Part shown: piece after piece, positions 8,869 to 17,288 of the stretch
Position numbering within the stretch: position 1 is the stretch's first letter
Layout: each line of letters starts with the position of its first letter
NCBI GenBank assembly: GCA_964487115.1
Contig: CAZAPD010000121.1
Span: 1-26,213 of the forward strand
Direction of reading: 5' to 3'
Source of the DNA: an uncultured Thermococci archaeon
Lineage (GTDB): Archaea; Methanobacteriota_B; Thermococci; Thermococcales; Thermococcaceae
Length of the DNA: 26,213 bases
Translations under genes and position numbers: made by a program
Notes under the pieces: model-generated
Seen by the model: the letters and a program-made list of their open reading frames with translations, nothing else
What the model was told of the DNA's origin: nothing
The model's database searches: none

Positions 8869-9579
8869 ATGGCATATCTCGTTCTGGTCAGGCATGGTGA
8901 AAGCCTCTGGAATAAAATGAATCTTTTTACAGGATGGGTTGACGTCCCTCTGAGTGAGAAAGGAATCAATGAAGCTCTGAAAGCAGGGGAACTTCTAAAA
9001 AATTACAGATTCGCGGTAATATTCACTTCTGAGCTTGTGAGGGCCATTCAGACAGCGATGCTCATAATGAGCAAAAACCCATCGGGAGTTCCAAAAATAG
9101 AACACGAAAGTGGCAGGGTGAGAGAATGGGGCAGGGTTTATGGTGGGCATGGTAAAAATTATATTCCCGTATACAAATCATGGCATCTGAATGAGAGATA
9201 TTATGGGAAGCTTCAGGGATGGAATAAGGACTACGCCCGCAAGATATTTGGAGTGGATCGGGTTCACCTCTGGAGGAGGAGCTATGATGTTGCGCCGCCT
9301 GAAGGTGAAAGTCTGAAGGATACAGCGGCCAGAACGATCCCCTACCTCAAAGAAAGAATTATACCCGAGCTGGAAAAGGACAGGAGTGTCCTTGTCTCTG
9401 CTCATGGTAATAGCCTTCGCTCCATAGTCATGCATATAGAAAAACTAACCAAAGAAGAGATCATTAACCTAAATATCCCAACAGGAATCCCACTTATATA
9501 TGAATATATGGAAGGGAAACTCATCAGGCTCGGATATTTGACCGCAGAGGGTTTTGATAAAAGCCTTCATCTGGATTAA
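8869..9579 (+). CDS. gpmA: 2,3-bisphosphoglycerate-dependent phosphoglycerate mutase (histidine phosphatase superfamily)
   Basis: LVRHGESLWNKMNLFTGWVDVPLS, LNERYYGKLQG, WRRSYDVAPP.GESLKDT, SAHGNSLR and LNIPTGIP make up the full dPGM motif set. Confidence 0.92.
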   Translation: MAYLVLVRHGESLWNKMNLFTGWVDVPLSEKGINEALKAGELLKNYRFAVIFTSELVRAIQTAMLIMSKNPSGVPKIEHESGRVREWGRVYGGHGKNYIPVYKSWHLNERYYGKLQGWNKDYARKIFGVDRVHLWRRSYDVAPPEGESLKDTAARTIPYLKERIIPELEKDRSVLVSAHGNSLRSIVMHIEKLTKEEIINLNIPTGIPLIYEYMEGKLIRLGYLTAEGFDKSLHLD

Positions 9580-9725
9580 GCTATCATCTCAACCTCAAAT
9601 TCTTTTGCGTGAACTTCATGGAGTTTTTTCTTTGCTATTTCAATTGCCCTTTCTTCATTCTTAGCTGCAACAACAAATTCAATTGGGAGCGAATCTTCCC
9701 TGTAATAAACTATCCTCGCCAGCAT
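9576..9725 (-). CDS. Small hypothetical protein, 49 aa: MLARIVYYREDSLPIEFVVAAKNEERAIEIAKKKLHEVHAKEFEVEMIA
   Basis: Below the ORF-track size cutoff. Perfect GGAGGTGA RBS 4 nt before the ATG; stop overlaps the gpmA stop; protein-like beta-beta-alpha-beta pattern; AT-rich TATA-like region upstream. Confidence 0.85.
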   Translation of the reverse strand: MLARIVYYREDSLPIEFVVAAKNEERAIEIAKKKLHEVHAKEFEVEMIA

Positions 9726-9833
9726 TATATCACCTCCAGTGAGGAGCATTGATTTTATAATTTAAACATTTCTGTACTTAAAAATACATTAATGAACAGA
9801 AAAGTTTATCAGAATCTCGGTGTATAGGCCTTT

Positions 9834-10244
9834 ATGATGCTGGTGATCAGAAGTGAGCATCTGAATGAAATTCTTAAGATGGCCAGAAGAAGCTCTGTTG
9901 AAATATGTGGGATTCTCCTCGGGAGGAAAGGAAATAGTGATGCTTTTGTTGAAGAGATTAAGTTCATAAAAAATCGGCTGAATTCCGAGCATGCCTTTGA
10001 AATGGAGCCCATTGAGATGGTTCAGGCCATGGATGAAGCCGAGGATAAAGGATTGGAACTCATCGGAATTTTTCACTCCCATCCCTGCAAACCTATTCCA
10101 AGCGAAAGGGACAGGAAAGGTATGAAAAACTGGCCAGTAGTCTGGTTGATAGTGGGTAATAATGGGGATTACAAAGCTTTTGTGTTTGACAATGGAAGAA
10201 TCTTGAAGGTTGAGGTAGAGGTTCTGTTTAATCATTACGAATAA
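9834..10244 (+). CDS. JAMM/MPN+ (Mov34, M67) zinc metalloprotease, desampylase-like
   Basis: EICGILLG followed by HSHPCKPIPSERD gives the E-xn-H-S-H-x-S-x2-D JAMM motif. Confidence 0.9.
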   Translation: MMLVIRSEHLNEILKMARRSSVEICGILLGRKGNSDAFVEEIKFIKNRLNSEHAFEMEPIEMVQAMDEAEDKGLELIGIFHSHPCKPIPSERDRKGMKNWPVVWLIVGNNGDYKAFVFDNGRILKVEVEVLFNHYE

Positions 10245-10962
10245 TAATCTCTATCTTTCTTCCCTCACGATATCCCTTCATCGCCGATAACATACCTTTT
10301 ATCGTCTTTTCGACCAGCTCCTGCACCCAGTCCTTCATGGGGAGAACTTGGCCGTCTATCTTCACCGTAACCTTGGGTTTCGAGCTCAGCACGACGCAGT
10401 CTCTCGGAGTTTTTTCGCCCCTCACTATCATCCTTGCCATCTCATCACATTTAAATCCACACATTCCGCAGTTTATGTTGGGGAGTATAAATGATCTCTC
10501 CTCAATTAAATCGGCGAGCTTTTTTGGGTTCTCTATAACTGGGAGACCACCAACTTCTGTTATTCCCTTATTTGTCAAAAGTCCGCTCACCGCTATTGCC
10601 AAGCCGTCGTCGAACTTCTTAACATCTCCCTCATTCCTTGCACATATCACCTTGGGGATGTGCTGAACCGATTTGAAACCCTCAAGCAGAAGGAAGTCAG
10701 CGTTGACCATCGAGAACAGCGCATTGATATCTCTGGCGTTAAAGAGGACTGCGTCTGTGTCATTAGCCTTAACCAGAACAGCATCGGCAACTCTCGAAAA
10801 GCGCCATGTATCGCTTCTTTCCCTGTCGAAATTAGTGTGCATGCTTTTTGCTATGACAATGCGATAACCTCTCCCCTTCAGAATTCTCGCAACGGCCTCA
10901 ACCGTCGTTGTTTTGCCGCTCTTTTTGAAGCCGACGAAGGCTACCGCTCTCATTTTATTCAC
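10228..10962 (-). CDS. mobB: Molybdopterin-guanine dinucleotide biosynthesis protein B with Fe-S-type cysteine domain
   Basis: P-loop VGFKKSGKTT, DTWRF, LLEGFK and C-terminal CxxCxxxC...C cluster. True start may be ATG 10953 (MRAVAF). Confidence 0.88.
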   Translation of the reverse strand: MNKMRAVAFVGFKKSGKTTTVEAVARILKGRGYRIVIAKSMHTNFDRERSDTWRFSRVADAVLVKANDTDAVLFNARDINALFSMVNADFLLLEGFKSVQHIPKVICARNEGDVKKFDDGLAIAVSGLLTNKGITEVGGLPVIENPKKLADLIEERSFILPNINCGMCGFKCDEMARMIVRGEKTPRDCVVLSSKPKVTVKIDGQVLPMKDWVQELVEKTIKGMLSAMKGYREGRKIEIIIRND

Positions 10963-10965
10963 CTA

Positions 10966-11184
10966 TCACTCCAACCTCATAAGCCAGTTTATGTCATCAA
11001 TCTTTACTATGAGCTCCTTGCCCCTATTGCCGACTATATCAGCCACATCCCTGAGTATGAGGATTTCCTCATCAAAATCCTCCAGAATACCTGTGAATGA
11101 GCTCTCACTTCCGACTGCTAAGGCGACCCTCTTGCCCTTCCATTTCTTAAGAGTCTCGTCGAGCAGGAATACTTTGTCTCCCAT
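10966..11184 (-). CDS. Sm-like (LSm) archaeal protein
   Basis: 72 aa with an Sm1-like segment (KGKRVALAV...FTGILEDFDEEILILRDV) and an Sm2-like segment (ELIVKIDDINWL); GGTGA RBS; apparently co-transcribed with mobB. Confidence 0.75.
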   Translation of the reverse strand: MGDKVFLLDETLKKWKGKRVALAVGSESSFTGILEDFDEEILILRDVADIVGNRGKELIVKIDDINWLMRLE

Positions 11185-11332
11185 TTTATCACCCGAATTC
11201 TCAATTTGGCTCTAAACATTGAAAGCCTTATTAAATTTTGGGTAGGCACTTGCTTCTGAGGATATTTAGTGGATGGAAATAGGATATGCAAAAGTCTATA
11301 AGCCTTTTTATCCTTTCTCCTCTGGTGATAGA

Positions 11333-12160
11333 ATGAGGTTCGTTACTAAGAGTGAAGCTATCCGGGATGCATTCATATCAGAGCTTAAAACTGCTGGGAT
11401 ATTATTTGAAGTAAGAGAGAAGCTTGGCTATGAGGCGTTTGTAGGATACTCACTTGAAGGAACGCTGGAAGAGATTGGAGCAAAGATACAGGCAATGGAT
11501 GCGGAGGTAGGGGATAAAGATTCCATAATGGAAGGTTTTCTCACTTTTAAAGAGCAACTTGCCCATGTACTGAAACACCTAAGAGGAGGAGAGAATTTTG
11601 AAGTTCTGCTCCGTGAAGGCTTCTGGGTGGGGGATATACTCGATCAGCTTGCAAAAAACAAAGTGCTTGAAATAGGGGAAGTCATTAAGCTCAAAGAGGA
11701 CATAGATGTTTCAAAGCTCCGTTTCCGATTTAAATTTCCCTTTGAACTGGCGAAAAGTCCTGAAGACATCGAAAAGATTGCAAGGCAGTTCGCTTTTGTT
11801 GATCTGCTTGCGGAGTATGAGGTGGAAATAAGGGAGCTCAACATAGGACGGATAAACAAGGCTGTACAGATAGCGAGTAAATACTTCAAAGAGGAAGAGC
11901 TTCTCAAGGGGTATTTTGCCTTAATATCAAGAGGAATAGTGGCAAATGAAATCCTAAAGACCCTTGGAAAGGAGAAATTCCCTGTGGAGAGCATTGTGAG
12001 AAGCTTTGTTGAGTCTGCACCCCTTGAGATTCCAACGGAAAAGGGAACGTTGGTCATAAGTTATACAAGAAGGGCTGTTGAGGAAATTCTAAGATTTCTT
12101 GAAAAGGAAGGATATATTGACATCAAGGCTGGAAAGGTTAGAAAGCTTCGTTCTCTTTAA
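11333..12160 (+). CDS. Hypothetical protein, possible C-terminal winged helix
   Basis: Long ORF with Thermococcales-like E/K-rich composition. ATG 11333 follows GGTGA. The C-terminus (VEEILRFLEKEGYIDIKAGKV) resembles a wHTH. Confidence 0.8.
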   Translation: MRFVTKSEAIRDAFISELKTAGILFEVREKLGYEAFVGYSLEGTLEEIGAKIQAMDAEVGDKDSIMEGFLTFKEQLAHVLKHLRGGENFEVLLREGFWVGDILDQLAKNKVLEIGEVIKLKEDIDVSKLRFRFKFPFELAKSPEDIEKIARQFAFVDLLAEYEVEIRELNIGRINKAVQIASKYFKEEELLKGYFALISRGIVANEILKTLGKEKFPVESIVRSFVESAPLEIPTEKGTLVISYTRRAVEEILRFLEKEGYIDIKAGKVRKLRSL

Positions 12161-12396
12161 TCTTCTTCGAATTTTGTCATTATGTCATTTTGATATTTAA
12201 TGATATGTATCCTCCATGGGAGACTACTTGTTAGGTGATTTTCTTTATAATATTGGAAATTTCTGGACTGTATTTCGAAGTTTTTGAAACTTTATACACA
12301 CAAAAGAATTTTTCTTTTATAGGTTTTGTAAGATATTCAGAATTTTTTAAGAAAATTATATAAATTACAATTTTCAAAGTTTGTTGGTGGGCTTTA

Positions 12397-13695
12397 ATGA
12401 ACAGGCTTAGTTGGTGGTATTTAAGCTTAGTAGTGGCGGCATATATGATAGGACTCGGAAACATATGGAAATTTCCAGCATTGCTACTAAAATATGGCCT
12501 CGGTGGTTTGGTTGTCTATATAGCTATGGTTGTGTTGATGATACCGCTGATTGCTGTTGCAATGGACAGCACCAAACACAGGCGATATGAGATATTGGAG
12601 TATTATCTCAAGGAATATAACAAACCTGCTCTCGGGTTCATGTTCTTTCTGTTTGATCTGGTACTGATTTCGTATTATACATTAGTTGGTGGTTGGACAG
12701 TAACCTCTCTTTTTATCAAGGATGTCTCGGCTAGTCTCACGGGTAACTTAATAAGCTTAGTCTTTGTGTTTGTTATACTCTCAGTGATATTGCTACGTGG
12801 AAGGGAAAGAACATTGGATATAATGGTAATCTCTGTTGTACTGCTCTTTATTGCCATATTAATCGTCGTTCCTTCAATACACATAAAAATCAGCACATTA
12901 AAAGTCTCATATGCAGCATCTGAGTGGTTTAGGCAGGCTTTTACATGGAAAGGAATAAGCCTTGGAACAATTAGAGACATGGCGCAGCAAGCGGCGTATT
13001 CTCTGAGTTTGGGTATGGGATTTTACTTGGTCTTGGGAGAATTTCTACCTGAAAACATCTCTCCAGTAAAGATAGCCACCATAGGGGCTGTTCTTGATAC
13101 TTTAACATCATTAGTCGCAACTTACATGATTACAATGATATTGGCACTAAATCCGGGGGTGCCAATTGAGGGAACTGCCTTACTTTTCAAAGGTATACCT
13201 AACGTCTTAATCTACAGCCTCAATGAAAGGGGCCTTTTATATTTGATTAATGTTTCCATTTTCCTTGCAGCTCTATCAAGTATGATACCTATCGGTGAAA
13301 CAATATTGAGAGCCTATGAGGAACTTTCAAAAATGGACAGAGATAAAGCCCTTCCAACTGTCATGGGAGCCGCATTCGTTCTTGGATTACTATCAATAGT
13401 CGGCCTAAGCTTGGTTCATATAAACACCATCGGAATATTGGATGGTGCAGTTTCGACTTTTGTTCTTTTCGGTGGTGTTATAGCTGCGTGGGCTGTCATT
13501 GAACGACGAGACTACATTACAAGGGGTCTGCATGAAGCTTCCTATATCGGTATTGTTATCGTTAGCATCTTGGGTCTGTACTCATTATACCACCTGATTA
13601 TAAGCGCCCAATATACTGCAGTGATAGTTCTTGTGGCCTTGATAGCGTTGTCTCTCAGTCTGAACGGATATCTCAGAAAGCTTCTTGCGAGATGA
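12397..13695 (+). CDS. Sodium-dependent transporter, NSS/SNF (LeuT-like) family
   Basis: TM1 motif IGLGNIWKFP, YSLSLGMG in TM6, FLAALSS in TM8; about 11-12 TM segments. Confidence 0.88.
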   Translation: MNRLSWWYLSLVVAAYMIGLGNIWKFPALLLKYGLGGLVVYIAMVVLMIPLIAVAMDSTKHRRYEILEYYLKEYNKPALGFMFFLFDLVLISYYTLVGGWTVTSLFIKDVSASLTGNLISLVFVFVILSVILLRGRERTLDIMVISVVLLFIAILIVVPSIHIKISTLKVSYAASEWFRQAFTWKGISLGTIRDMAQQAAYSLSLGMGFYLVLGEFLPENISPVKIATIGAVLDTLTSLVATYMITMILALNPGVPIEGTALLFKGIPNVLIYSLNERGLLYLINVSIFLAALSSMIPIGETILRAYEELSKMDRDKALPTVMGAAFVLGLLSIVGLSLVHINTIGILDGAVSTFVLFGGVIAAWAVIERRDYITRGLHEASYIGIVIVSILGLYSLYHLIISAQYTAVIVLVALIALSLSLNGYLRKLLAR

Positions 13696-13723
13696 TTCTT
13701 ACTTTTTTATTTTGCAAAACTTT

Positions 13724-14425
13724 TCACTCTTTAATCCAGCGGATTTTTGCCTTCCCATTTTTTTCCAGCCAGTGCAGAAGCTTAAGAGCGAATCTAAATT
13801 TCTTCCTTTTGGATTCCCACACAGGTGCATGTTCCTTTAGATAAGGTTTGCTCCATTTACCAACCCTCTCTCCGAAATCAAAGCCGATAAGGACTATTTC
13901 CTGAGCTCCAAGGGCTTCAGCCAAAAAAACAGCCCTATCCCCATCAGTAAAACCACCGAAGTTATGAATTATATCGAGAGGCTCAGTCTGACATGTCCCA
14001 AGAACTCTTTCAAGTAGAGGCACATATTTCTTGAGCTTCTCAATATTGTCGCCATGGGCGTGAACAACCATAAATGCACCCAGTCTGTTTGCTCTTATTA
14101 TATCATCGAAACGGCCATCAAGGTCGGTTACAATTATATCCGGGATTATTCTGGATTTCAACAGGGCCGATGTAGCTCCATCAGCCGCTATTTTGACTCC
14201 GTCCTCAAAGGTATCTCTGAGCAGAATTTTCTCTAAACTTGGCCCTGCCCCGAACACATATACCTTTTTTTCCATAATTGAACTCAAATTTCTGGGTTGA
14301 ATGTAGTTTTCTGCCTCTATGATCATTTCTCTCAGCACAAAAGAAGCTTTCCTATCTTCTTTAACGCTGAATCCCATTTCTCGTACAATTTCTTTGTAGA
14401 ATTCTTCCCACTCCTTCCATTGCAT
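13724..14425 (-). CDS. mptE: 6-hydroxymethyl-7,8-dihydropterin pyrophosphokinase MptE-like (DUF115)
   Basis: GAGPSL, AADGA, IVTDLDG, HAHGDN, NFGGFTDGDRAVFLA and GFDF motifs. Start placed at ATG 14425 (MQWKEW). Confidence 0.85.
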   Translation of the reverse strand: MQWKEWEEFYKEIVREMGFSVKEDRKASFVLREMIIEAENYIQPRNLSSIMEKKVYVFGAGPSLEKILLRDTFEDGVKIAADGATSALLKSRIIPDIIVTDLDGRFDDIIRANRLGAFMVVHAHGDNIEKLKKYVPLLERVLGTCQTEPLDIIHNFGGFTDGDRAVFLAEALGAQEIVLIGFDFGERVGKWSKPYLKEHAPVWESKRKKFRFALKLLHWLEKNGKAKIRWIKE

Positions 14426-14534
14426 GATAGACACTATGTTGTACCAGTATATAGCTATTTCTTCCATCTTGTCATACTTCGAAAAACAAACTTTGAAAAA
14501 TAATTCACCTAATATTTTAACATCTGTACATCAC

Positions 14535-14547
14535 AAAAGGTTTAAAT
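14535..14547 (+). promoter_or_regulatory. BRE-TATA promoter of the dpp/opp operon
   Basis: AAAAGG-TTTAAAT about 35 nt upstream of ATG 14583. Confidence 0.6.
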
Positions 14548-14582
14548 GCAGTACTGCACCTAAACATACACTGGTGAATGCT

Positions 14583-16190
14583 ATGCGTAAGGCATATATC
14601 TCTCTGTTGCTTGTTGGCATTTTTGTTTTTTCCGTAGTTGCCAGCGGCTGTATAAGTGGAACTTCGCAGAGTAGCACTTCCTCCCCGTCTGGAACTTCAT
14701 CCAGCGGGACAGCAACTCAAACAACCGTTGCAGAGCAATTAATAATAGGCGTGACGGATAAGGTAACTGATATTGATCCAGCCAATGCATACGATTTCTA
14801 TACTTGGGAAGTTCTTAACAACATAATGGAAGGGCTTGTAAAGTATGAGCCCGGAACGTTGAAGATAGTCCCCGGTCTTGCAGAAAAATGGGAGGTTAAC
14901 GCTAACTCTACTGTGTGGACATTCCACCTGAGAAAAGGCCTTAAATTCGATGATGGAACTCCATTTACGGCTAAAGATGTTGTGAGAAGTATAAACAGAG
15001 TAATGACAATAAAAGGAGATCCATCATGGCTCGTAACAAGCTTTGTGGATAAAGTTGTTGCAAAAGATGACTATACAGTCGTCTTCTATCTGAAGCATCC
15101 CACAGCCTACTTCCTCGCACTTCTCACGACACCCCCCTACTTCCCGGTCAGTCCGAAGTATGACAACAATAAGATTGATAGCGACGCTACCTACGGTGGA
15201 ATCGGTCCGTATAAGATAGTTAAGTGGGTGCGCGATCAAGAGCTCGTCCTTGAGGCCAACCCTTACTATTATGGCGAACAGCCGAAGACCAAGAAGATTG
15301 TGATTAAATTCTACAATGATGCTTCCACAATGAGACTTGCACTCCAGAATGGTGAAATTGACATCGCTTGGAGAACTCTTAGACCCACAGATATCGAGAG
15401 CCTCAAGCAGAGCGGAAAGTACAATGTTATAGAAATACCGGGAGCATTCATTAGATACGTGTGTTTAAATACTAAAATCGATCCAACAAAGAATGTTAAG
15501 GTCAGACAGGCTCTTGCGGCAGCTGTAGACCGGAATGAAATCTCAAAGATAGTCTTCCACAACACGGTTTCTCCGCTCTATAGCATGATACCCAACGGCA
15601 TGTGGAGCCACAAAGACGTCTTCAAGAGCAAATACGGTGATGCAAACCTCGATCTCGCCAAGAAGCTCCTAAGTGAGGCTGGCTACTCTGAGAGTAAGCC
15701 ATTGGAGATACAGCTCTGGTACACGCCAACTCACTACGGTGATACAGAGGCTTCTCTTGCTCAAGTTCTCAAGAGCGAGTGGGAGAAGACCAAGATGATT
15801 AAGGTAACAATAAAGAGTGCTGAATGGAATACCTACACAGATTATGCAAGGAAGGGCCAGATGATGGTGTATCTCCTGGGATGGTACCCAGACTACCTCG
15901 ACCCCGATGACTACACTACACCTTTCCTCGACAGTGAGGCTAACGGCTGGTCTGGAACTGGCTACAGCAATCCACAAGTTGACAAACTCCTCAGGAAGGC
16001 ACAAACCATTACCGACCAGAGCGAGAGAACCCAGATCTATGAGCAGGTTCAGGATATACTCGCACAGGACGTGCCATACATCCCGCTCATTCAGGGCAAA
16101 CTATTCGTTGTCACACAAAAGAGCGTCCACGGAGTCACTATAGGGCCTGACATGATATTCCACTACAATACCATTTACAAGACAGGTTGA
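14583..16190 (+). CDS. Peptide/nickel ABC transporter substrate-binding lipoprotein (family 5, DppA/OppA-like)
   Basis: Lipoprotein signal MRKAYISLLLVGIFVFSVVASGC, Ser/Thr linker and family-5 signature PGLAEKWEVN...WTFHLRKGLKFDDGTPFTAKDV. ATG follows GGTGA. Confidence 0.92.
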   Translation: MRKAYISLLLVGIFVFSVVASGCISGTSQSSTSSPSGTSSSGTATQTTVAEQLIIGVTDKVTDIDPANAYDFYTWEVLNNIMEGLVKYEPGTLKIVPGLAEKWEVNANSTVWTFHLRKGLKFDDGTPFTAKDVVRSINRVMTIKGDPSWLVTSFVDKVVAKDDYTVVFYLKHPTAYFLALLTTPPYFPVSPKYDNNKIDSDATYGGIGPYKIVKWVRDQELVLEANPYYYGEQPKTKKIVIKFYNDASTMRLALQNGEIDIAWRTLRPTDIESLKQSGKYNVIEIPGAFIRYVCLNTKIDPTKNVKVRQALAAAVDRNEISKIVFHNTVSPLYSMIPNGMWSHKDVFKSKYGDANLDLAKKLLSEAGYSESKPLEIQLWYTPTHYGDTEASLAQVLKSEWEKTKMIKVTIKSAEWNTYTDYARKGQMMVYLLGWYPDYLDPDDYTTPFLDSEANGWSGTGYSNPQVDKLLRKAQTITDQSERTQIYEQVQDILAQDVPYIPLIQGKLFVVTQKSVHGVTIGPDMIFHYNTIYKTG

Positions 16191-16217
16191 TTTTTCCTGT
16201 TTTCTTTTTGTTTTTAT
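16191..16217 (+). terminator. Oligo-T tract after the binding-protein gene (probable partial intra-operon terminator)
   Basis: TTTTTCCTGTTTTCTTTTTGTTTTTAT immediately after the stop codon. Confidence 0.5.
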
Positions 16218-16256
16218 CTTCATCTGTTGCCACTCAAACATAAAGAGGTGATCAAT

Positions 16257-17276
16257 TTGGCCCGGGGATTGGGGCGTTACATAGTAATAAGAGCTTTAAT
16301 GATAATCCCTATGATTCTCATACTTTACACAATAGTCTTCTTCTTTCTTAGGGTTTTGCCCGGAAATCCGATTCTGGCGGTTGTTGGAACTAAAAACATA
16401 CCGCCTGAACAACTCGCTCATCTTGAACATCTCGCTGGTCTTGATAAACCGCTCTACGTTCAGTACTATGATTACCTCATCAGGATGATTCATGGGAATC
16501 TTGGAGTGACGTTGGCATCTCCAATGGGAAAATCTGTTTCGAGCTACATAAAGCTCCGTCTTCCTGCAACAATAGAACTAACCATATTCGCCTTCACAGT
16601 TAGCGTGCTCGTAGGCCTGGGTACGGGAGTTCTTGGTGCTGTGAAGAAGGGTACCAAGACGGATACGGGGATGAGGGTTTATAGCATAATAGCCTACACT
16701 CTCTTTATCCCTTGGTTCGGAATGATGCTCCAGTATATATTTGGTGTTAAACTTCACTGGCTCCCAACATCTGGGAGAATAAATCCGGGAATAAACTTTC
16801 ACTCAATAACAGGCCTTTATGTCTTGGATAGTATAATACAAGGAAACTGGACTGCACTGCACAGTGTTCTTGCACATCTGATCCTTCCAAGCATAACCCT
16901 CGGAATTGTCCTGAGCGGTGCATACACACGTCTCGTAAGAAACAACATGGTGGATGTCCTCAGTCAGGATTTCATCAGAGCTTATAGGGCAAGAGGGGTA
17001 CCTGACAGAAGGGTTCTCTGGTATGCTCTTAAGAATGCCTTCATACCGGTGGTTACCCTCATGGGACTTCAGTTTGCTATACTCCTCGGTGGTGCTGTCC
17101 TGACTGAGACAACCTTTAACTGGCCCGGTATGGGCACATTCATCATGGATAGGATAAACTACCGTGATTACAACTCGATCCAAGGAGCTGTTATAGTGTT
17201 TGCCCTGTTTGTGGGGCTAATAAGTCTCATTGTTGACATAATCTACGCACTCCTTGATCCAAGGGTTGAATACTAA
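16257..17276 (+). CDS. Peptide ABC transporter permease (DppB/OppB-like)
   Basis: GLDKPLYVQY, RLPATIEL, EAA-loop region (DFIRAYRARG...YALKNA) and ETTFNWPGMG. TTG 16257 follows GAGGTGA. Confidence 0.92.
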   Translation: MARGLGRYIVIRALMIIPMILILYTIVFFFLRVLPGNPILAVVGTKNIPPEQLAHLEHLAGLDKPLYVQYYDYLIRMIHGNLGVTLASPMGKSVSSYIKLRLPATIELTIFAFTVSVLVGLGTGVLGAVKKGTKTDTGMRVYSIIAYTLFIPWFGMMLQYIFGVKLHWLPTSGRINPGINFHSITGLYVLDSIIQGNWTALHSVLAHLILPSITLGIVLSGAYTRLVRNNMVDVLSQDFIRAYRARGVPDRRVLWYALKNAFIPVVTLMGLQFAILLGGAVLTETTFNWPGMGTFIMDRINYRDYNSIQGAVIVFALFVGLISLIVDIIYALLDPRVEY

Positions 17277-17288
17277 GGGGGGAGAAAA

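Noticed and set aside
10300..10440. Locally high GC3 in the mobB 3' part (15/20 and 14/20 in two blocks versus 8/20 and 7/20 in the next two)
   Set aside because: Too short to distinguish from noise by eye; a second recombination patch cannot be supported without statistics.
12161..12396. Long AT-rich intergenic region examined for CRISPR repeats, ncRNA or a small ORF (orphan GGTGA at ~12234)
   Set aside because: No regularly spaced repeats, no GC-rich stem structure typical of hyperthermophile ncRNA, and no start codon suitably placed after the GGTGA.
14424..14582. N-terminal extensions in the ORF track (also at 5319, 8263, 11273, 14467, 17984, 22156)
   Set aside because: RBS positions, signal peptides and overlaps with neighbouring genes or promoters support the downstream starts used here.
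14657..14727. Ser/Thr/Gly low-complexity stretch with repeated TGGAACTTC
   Set aside because: Ordinary lipoprotein linker of the substrate-binding protein, not an independent repeat element.
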